This document shows positions 20,747-33,095 of a DNA stretch of 64,000 bases, in pieces. This DNA is from Peribolospora baueri. Its lineage: Eukaryota. Location of the stretch: NCBI GenBank assembly GCA_029717555.1, contig JAMDHS010000089.1:1-64000 (forward strand), given 5' to 3'. Position numbers and translations under genes: made by a program. Below the pieces are notes generated by a model that was not told the DNA's origin, did no database searches, and worked only from the letters and a program-made list of their open reading frames with translations. The number at the start of each line of letters is the position of its first letter. The stretch's first letter is position 1.

Positions 20747-23317
20747 ATGTCTTCCTCCGAATTACCCTCCCACACCGTCTACGTCGACGAAAAGTCCGGC
20801 TCGGACGACGTCTCCGTCGCCGACGGCTCGCCTTCTAAGCCCTTCCTCACGCCTGTCGGCGCGCTCTTGGCTCGTGGGCCAGACGTATCTATCCTCGTCA
20901 AGAAGGTCCCGGAGGCGTCCGAGGAGGGTGCCTCGTCTTCCTGCGCCGAGCCCTCCTACCAGCCGATCACCCCTTCGGCTTTTAAGAGGGCCAAGAAGAA
21001 CTACGAAGTCGCTCTGAAGAAGCAGAAGAAGGCCGAGGAGCAAAAGGAGAAACTGGAAGCTGAGCAGAGAGTGAAGGAGGAAAAGGAGAGAAGGAAGCTC
21101 GAAGAGAGCAAGAACCTCAAATTGGAGGAGGATAAGAGTCTGCCAGAAGCGAAGCGAGTAAGTGTGTCCACCCTTCGTCTTTCTCCTCGCACTCGCCGGC
21201 CAAGATTCGAGATGCTTTCTTCACGCTGAAAAGCAGTTATCTCCGGCGTCCACCTTGCTCACCCCCATCTTATCGCGTTTTCGTCGACGTCCTTCGATCG
21301 AATACGTCAAGATCAAAATCGGCCAAGGCATAGACCACCGTGACCGTCGTATCCGTGTCTTCGGCTGGGTGCATCGCCTGCGTCAGCAGAAGGACCTGAC
21401 CTTCATCGTCTTGCGCGACGGCACTGGGTACATGCAATGCGTACTGAGTGGACAGCTGGTGCGTCACAAGACTCCCGTGAGCCACCTGGCGCTGATGCTT
21501 TGTGCTGAGCGAGACATTTCTCTTCTCCGTGCAGGCGCAAACGCATGACGCGCTCACCCTGACGCTAGAGTCCACCGTGGAGATCACTGGTCTTCTACAG
21601 GCCCTTCCCAAGGGCAAATCTGCGCCCGGCGACCACGAGCTTCAGACCGACTGGTGGCGCGTCATTGGCAAAGCGCCGGGCGGAGATGATGCGATCACCA
21701 ACAAGATATCTGAGGTGAGGGCGCCCAGCCACACGCTTTTTTTTTGTGACAGACCGAGCAAGACTTGCGCTGATCGCTCGTGTACGTCCCCGCGCACCCA
21801 TCCGTTCAGAACTCCGATCCCAGCCTCTTGGCCGACAACCGCCACCTCGTCATCCGCGGAGAGACTGCCTCTGCCGTTCTCAAGATCCGTTCCGCCGTCC
21901 TGCGAGCCTTCCGCGCGACGTACGACGCTATGCAACTCACTGAAGTCACCCCGCCGTGCATGGTGCAGACCCAGGTCGAGGGCGGAGCGACGCTCTTTGG
22001 ATTCAACTACTACGGTCAGCAGGCCTACTTGACCCAGAGCTCGCAGCTCTACCTCGAGACTTGCTTGCCCAGCCTTGGCGACGTGTTCTGTGTGCAGGAG
22101 AGCTTCAGGGCCGAGAAGAGCCATACGTGAGTGGAGGAGGTTTTTAGTCTTCCGCATACACGTCGCTGATCCGTTCTTCTCACTTTTTTTTCTCTCTTTC
22201 TCCAGCCGTCGTCACCTCTCGGAATATACCCACTTGGAAGCCGAGCTCGCCTTCCTGACCTTTTCGGAGCTGCTGGAACATATTGAGGAATTGGTAGGTG
22301 GCTTTCGACCTCCATCTACTTAAGGGACACCTGCGCTGAACCCTCGCCTCGTTCGTACCCGCCAGATCTGCGGCACTCTGGAGCGCGTGTTTCAGGACCC
22401 TGTGGCGGAGCCCCTTCTGCGACAGCTCAACCCAGACTTCAAGCTGCCTTCTCGACCCTTCAAACGACTAGACTACAGAGACGCGATCAAGTACCTCAAC
22501 GAGCACGGTATCAAGAAGGAAGACGGTTCAGACCACGTCGTGGGCGACGACATCGCAGAGGCGGCCGAGCGCAAGATGACCGACCAGATGAACGTGCCCA
22601 TCTTCCTCATCAACTTCCCCAAAGAGATTAAGAGCTTCTACATGAAGCGCATTCAAGGAGATGAAGCCTTTACCGAGAGCGTTGACGTCCTCATGCCCGG
22701 CGTCGGCGAGATTGTCGGTGAGTGGTTTAGTATTGATCGGCACGTTAACGCGATGTCTGAGAGCGTGTCGGGGGCACTTCCGCATCTTGCTGACTGTCGC
22801 GCGCCATGATGCAGGTGGTTCGATGCGTATCTCCGATCTCGATGAGCTGATGGAAATGTACAAGCAAGAGGGCATGGACCCCGCCCCGTACTATTGGCGA
22901 GTTCCAAGCTCTCTTCTTCTTCCTGTCCCGCTCGAAATTGACACCTTTACATGCCATTTCTTCATCCAGGTTCACCGATCAGCGCAAGTTCGGTACTTCC
23001 GAGCACGGCGGATATGGCCTCGGCGTCGAGGTGAGCTGGCTTCCCTGTCCATTTCGCTCCTCGGCTCGCATCTTTGGTCATAATGCTGACCAAGACGTCG
23101 CCGTTGCTTCCACAATACCCCAGCGCTTCCTTGCGTGGCTCTGCAACCGCTACACCGTTCGAGAATGCTCTCTCTACCCGAGGTCAGTCGACGAAGTGGC
23201 TTTGCGATGTGGCCCCGGTCATGATCGTGGTGGTGTTCTTTGGAGGGCGACGTCTCATACTTCCTTTCTCGTACATTTCTCTTCCCTCACAGGTGGACCG
23301 GACGTTGCACTCCTTGA
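20747..23317 (+). CDS. DED81: Cytosolic asparaginyl-tRNA synthetase
   Basis: [11 protein letters not shown]-terminus, [88 protein letters not shown], ending RWTGRCTP*. Confidence 0.96.
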
Positions 23318-23677
23318 GGCTCGAGGTCTCGATGGCTCCGTCGAGTCATGGTCGGCCGGCCCGTCCCGTACCTTCAGAAGTTCTTTCGCACCATCTTAGT
23401 TTCGCGACAGTGTCATTAGCAACACTTCCCCATCCAGACCTGTCCTTTTCAGACTGTCTCGCAGTAAACGTAGCTTTCAGCCGTGTGGGAAAAGATACAT
23501 AATTCCCGTTCATCGAATCGATTCCTTATGCCCCTCCCCTCTTTCCGATAAGGGAACGTGATGTGGATCTCTCGCCAGCCAGGGGTCGAAAGTGACGAGC
23601 AGCTGAAGAAGCGTAGATATTCAACAGGGGCCGAAGGGGACGCTAGTGTTGGACGGGCAAGGAGGCGATTACGCTCG

Positions 23678-26600
23678 TCAGGGCGTCTCTAGAGCCTTAG
23701 CCATCTTGTGCAGCAAGGCAGTCAGCTTGTCCACTTCATGCTGGGCCGTGGTGACGTTCCTTTCGTAGACGAGCGCCTAAAAAAAAAGGTACATTTCGAT
23801 TTTAAAAACGACGCGGCGGAGCGGTGGGTCAGAAACCTGCTTCGTTTCGCGCGACGCGTTACGAATCCGGGCCCGGACAGAAGAAAACCCACCTCCACGG
23901 CGGCTGGGAACACTTGGCTGCCGTACCCAAGCCAGCGACCCGGTGCGACGCCTGCGCGAAGATAATTGAAGGGAAGGAGGAGAGAAGGTCAATTGAAGAA
24001 AACACGTAGGCAGGAGGCAACGTTCGCTCCGATCAAAGATCATCTGAAGCTCCAAGTAGACCCGCGCGCAGGCCCGTCTCTTCGGGGAACGTACGGGAAC
24101 TCACCTAGGTGCCGATACCACTCCCTCTCGATGATCCCGTCTGGGTGAATGAAGCCCTGTTCAAATTTGATCGCCCTCTGATTGATGCTCCTCACTTGCC
24201 GTAGGATGGTCTTAAGCGTGTTCAATTGTGGTAAGCCGTAGCTGAACCACCCCCCGCGAGATGGGATACCTGTGCCGCTGCTGCAGCGCTTGGAGAAGAG
24301 GTGGTGCAGCTTGCGCATCGCCTCATCCTTCTCCTCGTCCATCGCCTCCGCCGCCTCCTGCACCCTCTCTATGCTCCCGTACAGCCCGCCGAGGTGAATG
24401 TCCTTGCGCAGGCCCACGCTCTTGGCCGTCGAGGCCACTTGGTCGGCGTAGCTCGTCAGGGTGTAAGCGTAGTTGGTCACGTTCAAAGGTATGAGGAGCG
24501 AGTCGCTGAACGCGCGGCAAGGGACCCAAGGAGTGGTACAGGAACAGCAGGCGGTCAGTGAGGACCAAAGAGACCACTTGCGGAAAACAACCTTCCAAAG
24601 ACGAAAGGAAAGCTCACGCGAGACGAAGGGTCATGAGACCTTGGACCTTTGAAATGGCAGTGTGCCTCTTAAACGTCGGGTCGCCGTAGCGTTCCATCCA
24701 GTACTCGCTGTCGTATGCCGAATGGTAGTGCTACGCATGCGTGTGATGGGTCAGTCAATAGCAAAAGAAAATGAAACGAGGGAGACAGTTGAATCTCCAT
24801 CATCCGGTCACCTGATTTTTATCTTCTCATCACAAACCGAAAGAGCAGCTCACGTAAACGGGATCACCTCGCGCTTGACTGAAGCCCATATCGGACGCCG
24901 CGAGGCCGATACGCTGAAGGAAGACGGTATAATCCGAGCCGCTACCCAGCGGGCGGATACGTCCCGTCGGGAATTGAGTCACATCTACGTCGGTGCTCTC
25001 CCACAGCCCGTCAGACTCGCCCGCCAAACCTTCGCTCCTCGCGGCCACCTGACGCTCTTCATCGACCTGGCTCTTCTCCGCGGCCGAATCCCACATCGAG
25101 AACATGTTCCCCTCGACGCCTGGGGAAACGAACTCGTCAGGCTGGTCGGGGTGCGGCACCTTTTTCGCCGCAGACTCGATCAGGTCGGCGAGGGAAGGCG
25201 ATGCGCTAGAATGGAAGATGCGACCGTTCGCCGCGACGTCTGTGTTGAGGTATACCGCAGCGTTCTCCCGAAGATAGTCCTCAAAGTCCTCGCCGAATTC
25301 GGTGCTTCCAACCTGTGAGCTCATTGGCAGGGACGGCGGTCATCAGTGATTCGAAGCGGCATCGGGCCGTACGGACAGGCTTTTCGCGACCCACCAGACC
25401 GTACTCCTCGGCATCCCAAGAAGCGATGACGATGGTCCTCAGAGGCCTCCAGCCGCGCTTCAGGAGCGCACCGAGACCGCGTACGATCTCATGAAGACTG
25501 GCCGTACCAGAGCTGGGATCGCCTGCGGAGCGAGCAAGTAAAATTGTGGGAGAAGGAACGAATGGAGAGGGACCATCGTCGTTAAGAGTCTGAACATCGT
25601 CGTCTCATAACAGACCTTGCTCGCTCGCTGCTCACCAGCACCAAAGGTCCAAGCGTCGCGATGATTGCCCAAGAGGACGATCTCGTCCTTGACCAGGCCA
25701 TCGATGCGCGCCATCGTATTCCAGATGGGCGTGACGTTTGTGACCACTATCACGTGGCGACGACGTCGTACGATGAAAGGGTATGTAATCAGATACTTTG
25801 GCATCATCCAACTGAGATATAGAGACACTAGCAGAGTCCTCCACTGCGTGCTCACCATCATTCTTAAACTCGGCCCACGCAGCCGGTCCTGTCCAATACT
25901 CCTCAACACCGGGCACTTCCCCGACCCAATCTTTCCCGATATCGCTCGCCAACTTTCCATGCCCCTTCAAGGCAACCAGGAAAGGTTTGGCATCAAGATA
26001 AGAGATGGGTAGAGAGGGAATGTTGGGCATCGAGTCGGCTTCGTCGATCGGCTGCCGGGTCGCGTTCTTGTACGCCGGCAAGCCCGGCGTGCCAGGATCA
26101 CCGGCGCGCTTGGACAACGCTTGTACGCTGCCGCGCTGGACGCTGCTTGGCTGGCGGGCAGGGCCAGAAGGATAGGCTTCGTGGCCGCGCGCTGCACGCG
26201 GCCGGGGCGCCAAGATAGGAGGACAGGTTAGCATGGCTCGGGAGATGGCGTCGGAGGACGCAAAGAAAGAAACATGACTGGTTACAGCTCACTCTCGGTT
26301 ACTCCCCCGTCATCGCCAGGGTCGGAGTAGATCAGACACCCGATAGCTCCAGCCTCGTACGCGGCGCGCACCTTGAGACCACGGAAGACGCCGCCGTACC
26401 TCACGAGGGCGATCGCACCCGTGACGTTGACGCCGGACCCCTCGAGTTTATCGAAATCGCTTTTGCGGCCGTAGCCAGCGTAGACAATGGGACCGTGCGC
26501 GATGCCAGCAATGGAGTAGCCGTGGAAAGTCTGGGCGGGATCTGCCTTGCCAGACGTCGGGTCTTCCACCAGAGTGTCCTCCTCTAACTTTGCAGAGAAC

Positions 26601-27610
26601 GCTGCGGGGGTGGACGGCTCTTTGTGGAGAGTCAAACTAGAGCCAGAAGGATAGTTCAGGTAGGGCCAATATTGGCTTATCCTGAATGACAGAGGGGACG
26701 GTGCGAATGTAAGTTGTCAGCGGCGATGACCGTAGCCCGTTTCACTTGGATGGCCCGGTCGACCACAGCCCACACTCACCAAACTTTGGGCCGTACCCTC
26801 CAAGAATCGGAGCCACGATGACCGTGCTCATGATCATGACGGCGATAATTACCTTTAAGGGCCTCCTGGTCCTCCACGCTCCCAGCGTCATAGAGAACTT
26901 CCTCAGGATCGCCGTGACGGCCGAGAGGGGCGCCGAGAGCGTCTGCCCATTCAGAAGCTACCTGAAGGGCGGAGGCACGGTCTTGGGCGGTACCAGCGAC
27001 ATGTGACCTGAGCGGCATGGGAAAAATTAAATACGAACCGCGCATATCAGACGCGCATCATCGTCACTAGCGGACTTGTTTGCCATGAACTTCAACGCCG
27101 GGGCGATACTTACTCAGCTGTATACCTTCTGCTGGCATTCCTAGTGCTCTCCTCGTTTGGGACCGAGAGGAAGATCTTCTCCACAAGAGCGGTAAGCTTA
27201 TGAGGGTTGCGCGTGTTCGAGACAGCATGCTCGCTCCAGTCGAGACCCTCTTCCACGCCCTCCACGTCTCCGCCCAGGCCGTACATACCGGGGCGGAAGG
27301 CGCGCATGTATGCCCGCACGGCGGACTCCTCTCGATGACGGTGGTTATGGCGCAAGCAAGTGAGGTGGGGACGCCAGCGGTGGGGAAGGACAGAGTTGAA
27401 GATCCACACATGGTGCTTCTCTATGGTGCTAGCGACGAGAAGGGCGAGGGAGAAGAAGAGAGCGAGGCGAAGGAGTAGGCGGAAGAGATTGGAGGCGGTC
27501 GAAGCGGGAGGAGAAGGGTGGCCGTTGCGGCTTGTGAGACCGCTTTCAACATCAGCACCACCCTTCTCATTTACGTGCTCCTTCTTGTCCTTCTCTTCGA
27601 AACGTCGCAT
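23678..27610 (-). CDS. M28 glutamate carboxypeptidase II / Vps70-like type II membrane metallopeptidase (PA, M28 and TFR-dimer domains)
   Basis: N-terminal TM helix, [84 protein letters not shown]. Multi-exon. Confidence 0.92.
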
Positions 27611-28380
27611 GCTGTCGCGCGCACGTCTCAGTTGGTGGTATCGTCGTGTTGTCCGAGCTCGGCTTGATAACAGGCGGGGTGATAGCTGCCGATAGCTCGT
27701 GCACGTGACCGAGTGTAATATACCTACATCCGAGCCAGCCCATTCTGCTCGCTTCCCTCGTCCGAAACTTGCATCTAGTCTAGAGGCCAGCATTTCGCCT
27801 CCTTGTCGTCCATCAGGAATGGGCCAGGTCAGTATGTGACCTCTTTAAGCTCACAGTAGCCCGTCATCTGCTTCTTGCTTCAGCACTGATCTACAGGATT
27901 GGTTTAGGTCGCCACGCTGGTCTCAGCGCACGAGAACGAGTCGGGTCCATCGGGTTGACGTCTGACCATCGTCTGGCTTGCGCTTGCGCTTATATGGTCT
28001 CCGGTTTAGACCACTTCCGCGGCTAGCGCCTTTGTGGATCGCTAGTAGGCTTGCGACGCAACCACGGTAGCGGCGGTGAGCCCGTGTAAAATGGCAGCGT
28101 GGCGCGTCGTCGAAGCAGAAGGAAGGATGGCGAGGCGACGACGAGGAAGAGGAACGACGAAGCCTTCTGCCTCGAGGCAGAAGGGCCGAAGCGGCCACGA
28201 TGAGGCCGTCGAATGAGGGCGATGGCGCTGACAACAACAGCCTGGGGGGGGGGCCTCGGAAAGGCTTAAAAGGCGGGCCGTTCGACGTCTCTGCCCGACT
28301 TCCCTCTCCATCCTCTCTTTGTGCTGCCCTTGCCACTCTACCTCAAAGCCTTCCTAATCACCCCCCTCCACTTGCTCGTC

Positions 28381-29357
28381 ATGCAGGTGGGACCCTGTGC
28401 CCATCACAGTTGTGGCCCCCTCTTCATCACCCCGCCTTGCCACGCTCGCTCGCTCGGTCAGCTAACCTGCTGTCCTTACCTTCGCTCTCCGTCCTCACAG
28501 TTCCGCGGTCTGCTCACTCTTCTCGTCGCCATCACCGCCTTCGTCGCGGCTTCGCCCAGTCCTGTCGTCACCCGTGGCGCTACGGACGCGGCTGGCCCCT
28601 TCACAGGCTACCACGGAGTCAAGCGCCACGGCGGCTTGGAGCACCACGGCTTCCATGACGATGGCAGGCCCCGCGCCCGGTTCGACCCCCTCATCAAGCG
28701 CCAGGGTGACCAGTCCGGCCAGTGCTCAATCGGAAGGTCAGTCGCTCTGCTCCCTATCGCAAGTCGTCGGTTCGGAGGGGTCGTCGACAGCACGAGCTGA
28801 CGCCTATTTGCACTCCATCCGCCCAACCCATCTCCCGTCTTCAGTGCTCAATGCTGCAAGTGAGTGGTCCATCCCACCTATCCCTCCAACTCAGTGTTAC
28901 CGTGTCTGCCGTGGCTGACGCATTTACGCCATCCGTCCCTCCATTCAGGACCGTGACGGACGACGCCTCGATCAAGTCAGCCTTCAGCCTGCTCCTCGGC
29001 GTCAACGATCTCCTCAACAGCGTCGGCGTCCAATGCAATCCCGTCGCGGCCTTCGGTATTAACGCCGCCAAGTGAGTCGGTTGTGGCCGTCTCTCCACGC
29101 TTCAAGATGTCTTGTCTTGGAGTTCTCGTCTCGCACACTTATGCTGGGACGCTCCTTTCACTTTCTCCTCCGTTAGTGAGTGCAAGGAACAGGCCGCCTG
29201 CTGCCAGAACACCGCCAGGCAAGTCCCCAATGCTCTCAGACTAACTTGGCGGGTCGAAAGAGACCGGGCGTGAGCTGACCTGACTGTCGACCGACCGTCT
29301 TGTTCTCCCAGCAACGGCCTTATCGGCCTTCAGTGCACCCCCCTGCAGCTCGCCTAG
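28381..29357 (+). CDS. Class I hydrophobin with an extended KR-containing pro-region
   Basis: Exons 28381-28386, 28501-28736, 28845-28859, 28949-29071, 29177-29218, 29312-29357 give a signal peptide and the pattern C-X6-CC-X29-C-X13-C-X5-CC-X12-C. Confidence 0.92.
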
Positions 29358-29554
29358 GCGCCTCACATGGCCCAATGATCCCGGCGCAGATGGATTAAGC
29401 CCTCTGACGACCTCCACCGACGTTGGCTTACTGTTTTCTTGTCTTGTATTCTACCTTCTCATCGGGGGTGGAATGACAAGATGGAGGCGAGAAGAGTGAA
29501 CCTACGCGCTCCTCCGAGCTTCGTCCCTCGTATCCGATGCCTTGGCGTCGCGGT

Positions 29555-32540
29555 CTACTCGTTCGACCCCTCCAGCATATCCTCATCATCATCGTCGGTC
29601 ACCACAATCGAAGATCCGCGCCTCTCGCCGCCCGACGACGACAACGACAACGACGTCGAGACCCCGTCGCTCTTCTCCGCCTCCCCCTCCTCATCAGAAG
29701 ACGAAACCACCATATCCACATTCTCCACATTCTCCTCGTCCTCCTCTTCGGACGAAGAAAGTAAAGAAGCCTTCACCATTCTCTTCGACCGCTTCGCTAA
29801 CTCCTCGAGAGCTGAATCTATCGGCGCCGTCCACCCTAAACGCCCTGCCCCTTCCCGAGCATCCGCTTCACGAGCGGAGAGCACCCCAAAGCTGTGGCTG
29901 CCGGCGTCTGCAGTATGGCGCTTGGAGTGAGCGTCAGGTAGGGAGAGCCAAGCGACTGGCGGGTCGAGGAGAAAGCGGGCACCGCTGTGCGCCGGGCCGA
30001 CGGCCGACACGTACTCCTCCTCTGCCGAGGGGGCGAAGGGAAGCCTCTGACCTTCCTTCTTCCTTCCCTTCTTCTTCGTCCTTCCGCCTCCCTCCGCTGA
30101 CGACATCTCCTCATCGTCAGTCTCGCCCTCGTCTCTCCCGCTAGTCTGCGAACGCACGCCGCCGACGTCCGTGCCGTCGTCATCGTTAGCCGACGATTCG
30201 CCACCCAATCCTTGCGGGAGGGACCCGACAAAGACCCGTAAAGTCGGTCTGTGACCGAGGCAGGACACAACGGTCCGCACAAGCTTAGAGAGGGGATCGA
30301 ACGTGGCCACGGTACGTCAACGTTTGCGTTGGTGTTTCTTCTCTACAATGTGAATGAGCGATCTAGAGCACCGCAAAAATGCACTCACTTCCTCATCCAC
30401 CTCGCCCTTGATCGTATCGCTCAGCTCGAGCTTCTCGGCCTCCAAGATGACATGGTACATCACCCGTGACACGAATGCGAGGAGGTGTTGGTAAAAGCAT
30501 ACGAGCGACGAGGCGGAGATGAAGGTTTGGCGAGATTGGGTCGAGTCGGACGTCGTCAGGTCGATGTAGGAACCGCACATCCTGGAATGGGAGTAGATCC
30601 AATGGTTAGCAAGCAATATGCAATGAAATGATACCGGGTCGCAGAGGATGCCGATATACTTCCCGGCCGGCTGGACGCACGCACCTTAAAATTCGAGACC
30701 AGCCCTTCAAACAAAGCAACCGGCACGCCTCCCCCAGCTCGCCCCCGTCCTCCAAGATGTCCTCCCTGCCCACTCCAATCTCTCGGAACAATCTCGAGGC
30801 GAGATAATCTCTTCTGGATCCCACCGTTCGCTTTTTCTTCATGCCGCTGGGCGACGAAGTCGCGTTCGTTGACTGCGCCCCTGCTTCTGATCCTACAGAC
30901 ACGGCAGGCAGGTCTATGGCGGCCGGACGGCCGACCGTCTGCGTTGGAGCTGACCGATGCTGTTCGAAATGCTGCTTGCCGAGGACTTCTGGATCGACGA
31001 GCGAAGGACCAACTGTTGGAGGCGAGTCCGCCCGCATATCACTTGGCACGTTCGTGTCGGGCCGCACCGCCTCTGCGATCCTCGTCGATGCCGTCGTATC
31101 GACCGCGCTCGATTCCGGTTCTAACCGCACTCTCTTCAAAGCCCTTTCCTCCCCTGCGGACTCCCCATCGGCGTGTGCACCGCCGCCAGTAACCCCTTGG
31201 CCTCTCCGGCGCTTCCGCTGAGTTTCAGGCGGGCGGTCGAGCCAGGCTAGCTCGTCCGGCGTTAGCCGTTCCAGCAACCGCGCCTTGGCAGTCTCGCGAG
31301 CTACGTCCATGCCATGCGCCAGCTCGTCCTCCGCCCAACTAAGCCACATGGCCATCTTGTCCTTGCGGCTGTACTCGGGCCATCTGCTCTTTTGACCTTT
31401 CATGCCGGTGAACGGAAAGTTGCTCTGTATAGGTTGCAGAGGTGCGCTACGGTCCTTGTCGTACCGCCAGGATTGGAGGACATTGAGCTCGATGAGGCGG
31501 AAGATGAGTCGCCATGTGTCATCCACGGTGTCGATGCACGGCATCGGGTGCCGACGAGACACTTCCCGATATGCCGCAGACACACATTGTGAACCCTTCA
31601 GGGTGCGCGACCAGATTTGGGAGAGGATGGCCTTCGGCTCGAAGACGAAAATGGGACGCGTGCGGTTCGTATTTCCGCCGTCATTCGCCTCGTCGGCAGG
31701 AGAGACCGGCGCGCGCGCGTTGGCCAGCTTGATGCGAGGATCGAGCTGTTCCTGCCTGCTAAGCCAGAGAGCTGTTGTCCTACACTGGTCGTCAAAGGAC
31801 GTTCGCGTGCGTACACTCTCCCCACTGGTGGCCGTGCACAATACGTTCGTCTCCAGCGCCATGACCTTCTGCGCCTCCGCCTCCTCGAAACGGATCCACT
31901 CATCGCTCGCCTCCGAAGCTGCGGGGCGTCGAAGACGAACGGATTTCTCTCTGTGTTTGTACCGACTCGAGCGTGCTTTCTTACGATCCTTGTGTTGCTG
32001 AGAAGAGGAGTAGCCGCGGAGCGCCTGTGGCGGGGGCTCCAGACGTCGGGCCTCCCGGTCAAGGCAGTGGAGGTACATGACCACGTCCGTAACCGTCTTT
32101 TCGCCCACGTCCCGGGCAATCAGGTCAGGACGATGCCTAGCGTGTCTAGAGAGCGCCGCAAAAAATCGCTCCTTCTCGTCCGGCGTCCACCAGGTCCCCG
32201 CGATGCGGGAGGCGCGCAGCTTGGAGAAGGATCGCTGGTTGGTCTGGCGAACGAAGCTAGACTTGCCAGAGAAGTGGAAGCGCGTCGCAGCCATGTGGGA
32301 GAAAAGGAAGGCGCGATAACCCTCCGAAGGAAGATGTGACGCTTGCGTTATGGTTGCTTGATCTGCGTCTAAAGAAGAAGCAGCGGCGGGGGAGACGCGA
32401 CCGACGTTTCGTCGTTCGGAAGCCAGGGGTACGTCCTCGGAGGATGAGGAAGCGGACTGCGAGTGTGTTCCGCGCGAAGTCCGTATTGGTTTGGAGAGAG
32501 TGACAGGATCTGAGGAGCGCAAGAGCAAGTGGATGCGCAA
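29555..32540 (-). CDS. Myb/SANT-domain protein, Rrn5-like (Pol I upstream activation factor subunit); start approximate
   Basis: WTPDEKERFFAALSRHARHRPDLIARDVGEKTVTDVVMYL, a later helical segment VSRVMYHVILEAE, and an acidic C-terminus. Confidence 0.65.
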
Positions 32541-33095
32541 CAGTTGATGAGTACCATGAGAATCTCCAAAAACGTGTCCTATAAGACCTCGAGATGCAAG
32601 TGGAGAGATCGAAGCACACGGATTTCGCGTCTACTCACGCACCGAACCGAGCTGCTCGCGGACAGCCGCATCGCCCTCACCGTTGATCCAGGCGGCCGTG
32701 CGACCTCCCCACTCAGCCTCCCCCTTGGGTGGGCGTGCGTCGTCCATGGTAGCCTTGCGGCATCGTATGGGCCTTGACGGTGGATGGCGGAGAAGCGACT
32801 GGTGGACGCGCTGACGGGGGTATGGAACGAGGGGAACTCAGAAAGACTGCGGCGACGATCACGTGGTCTTGCCGCTCGCGCGCCCGGGAATGCGACCGAG
32901 CTGCCGAAGGTATTGATCGTGCTGACACCCGATAAGTGATCCCGGCCGCACATTTGTCGTCCGACGTCCGACCGTTCTCGTCTGCTCTCTTCTCTACTAC
33001 TTTCTCCACCCGTCCTCGCTTGCTGCTCCATTGCCGCCCAAGTGCTGCTCAATGCTCAGTTTTGCCCAGAGCCTAGATTGCTCCGATCAACGCTC

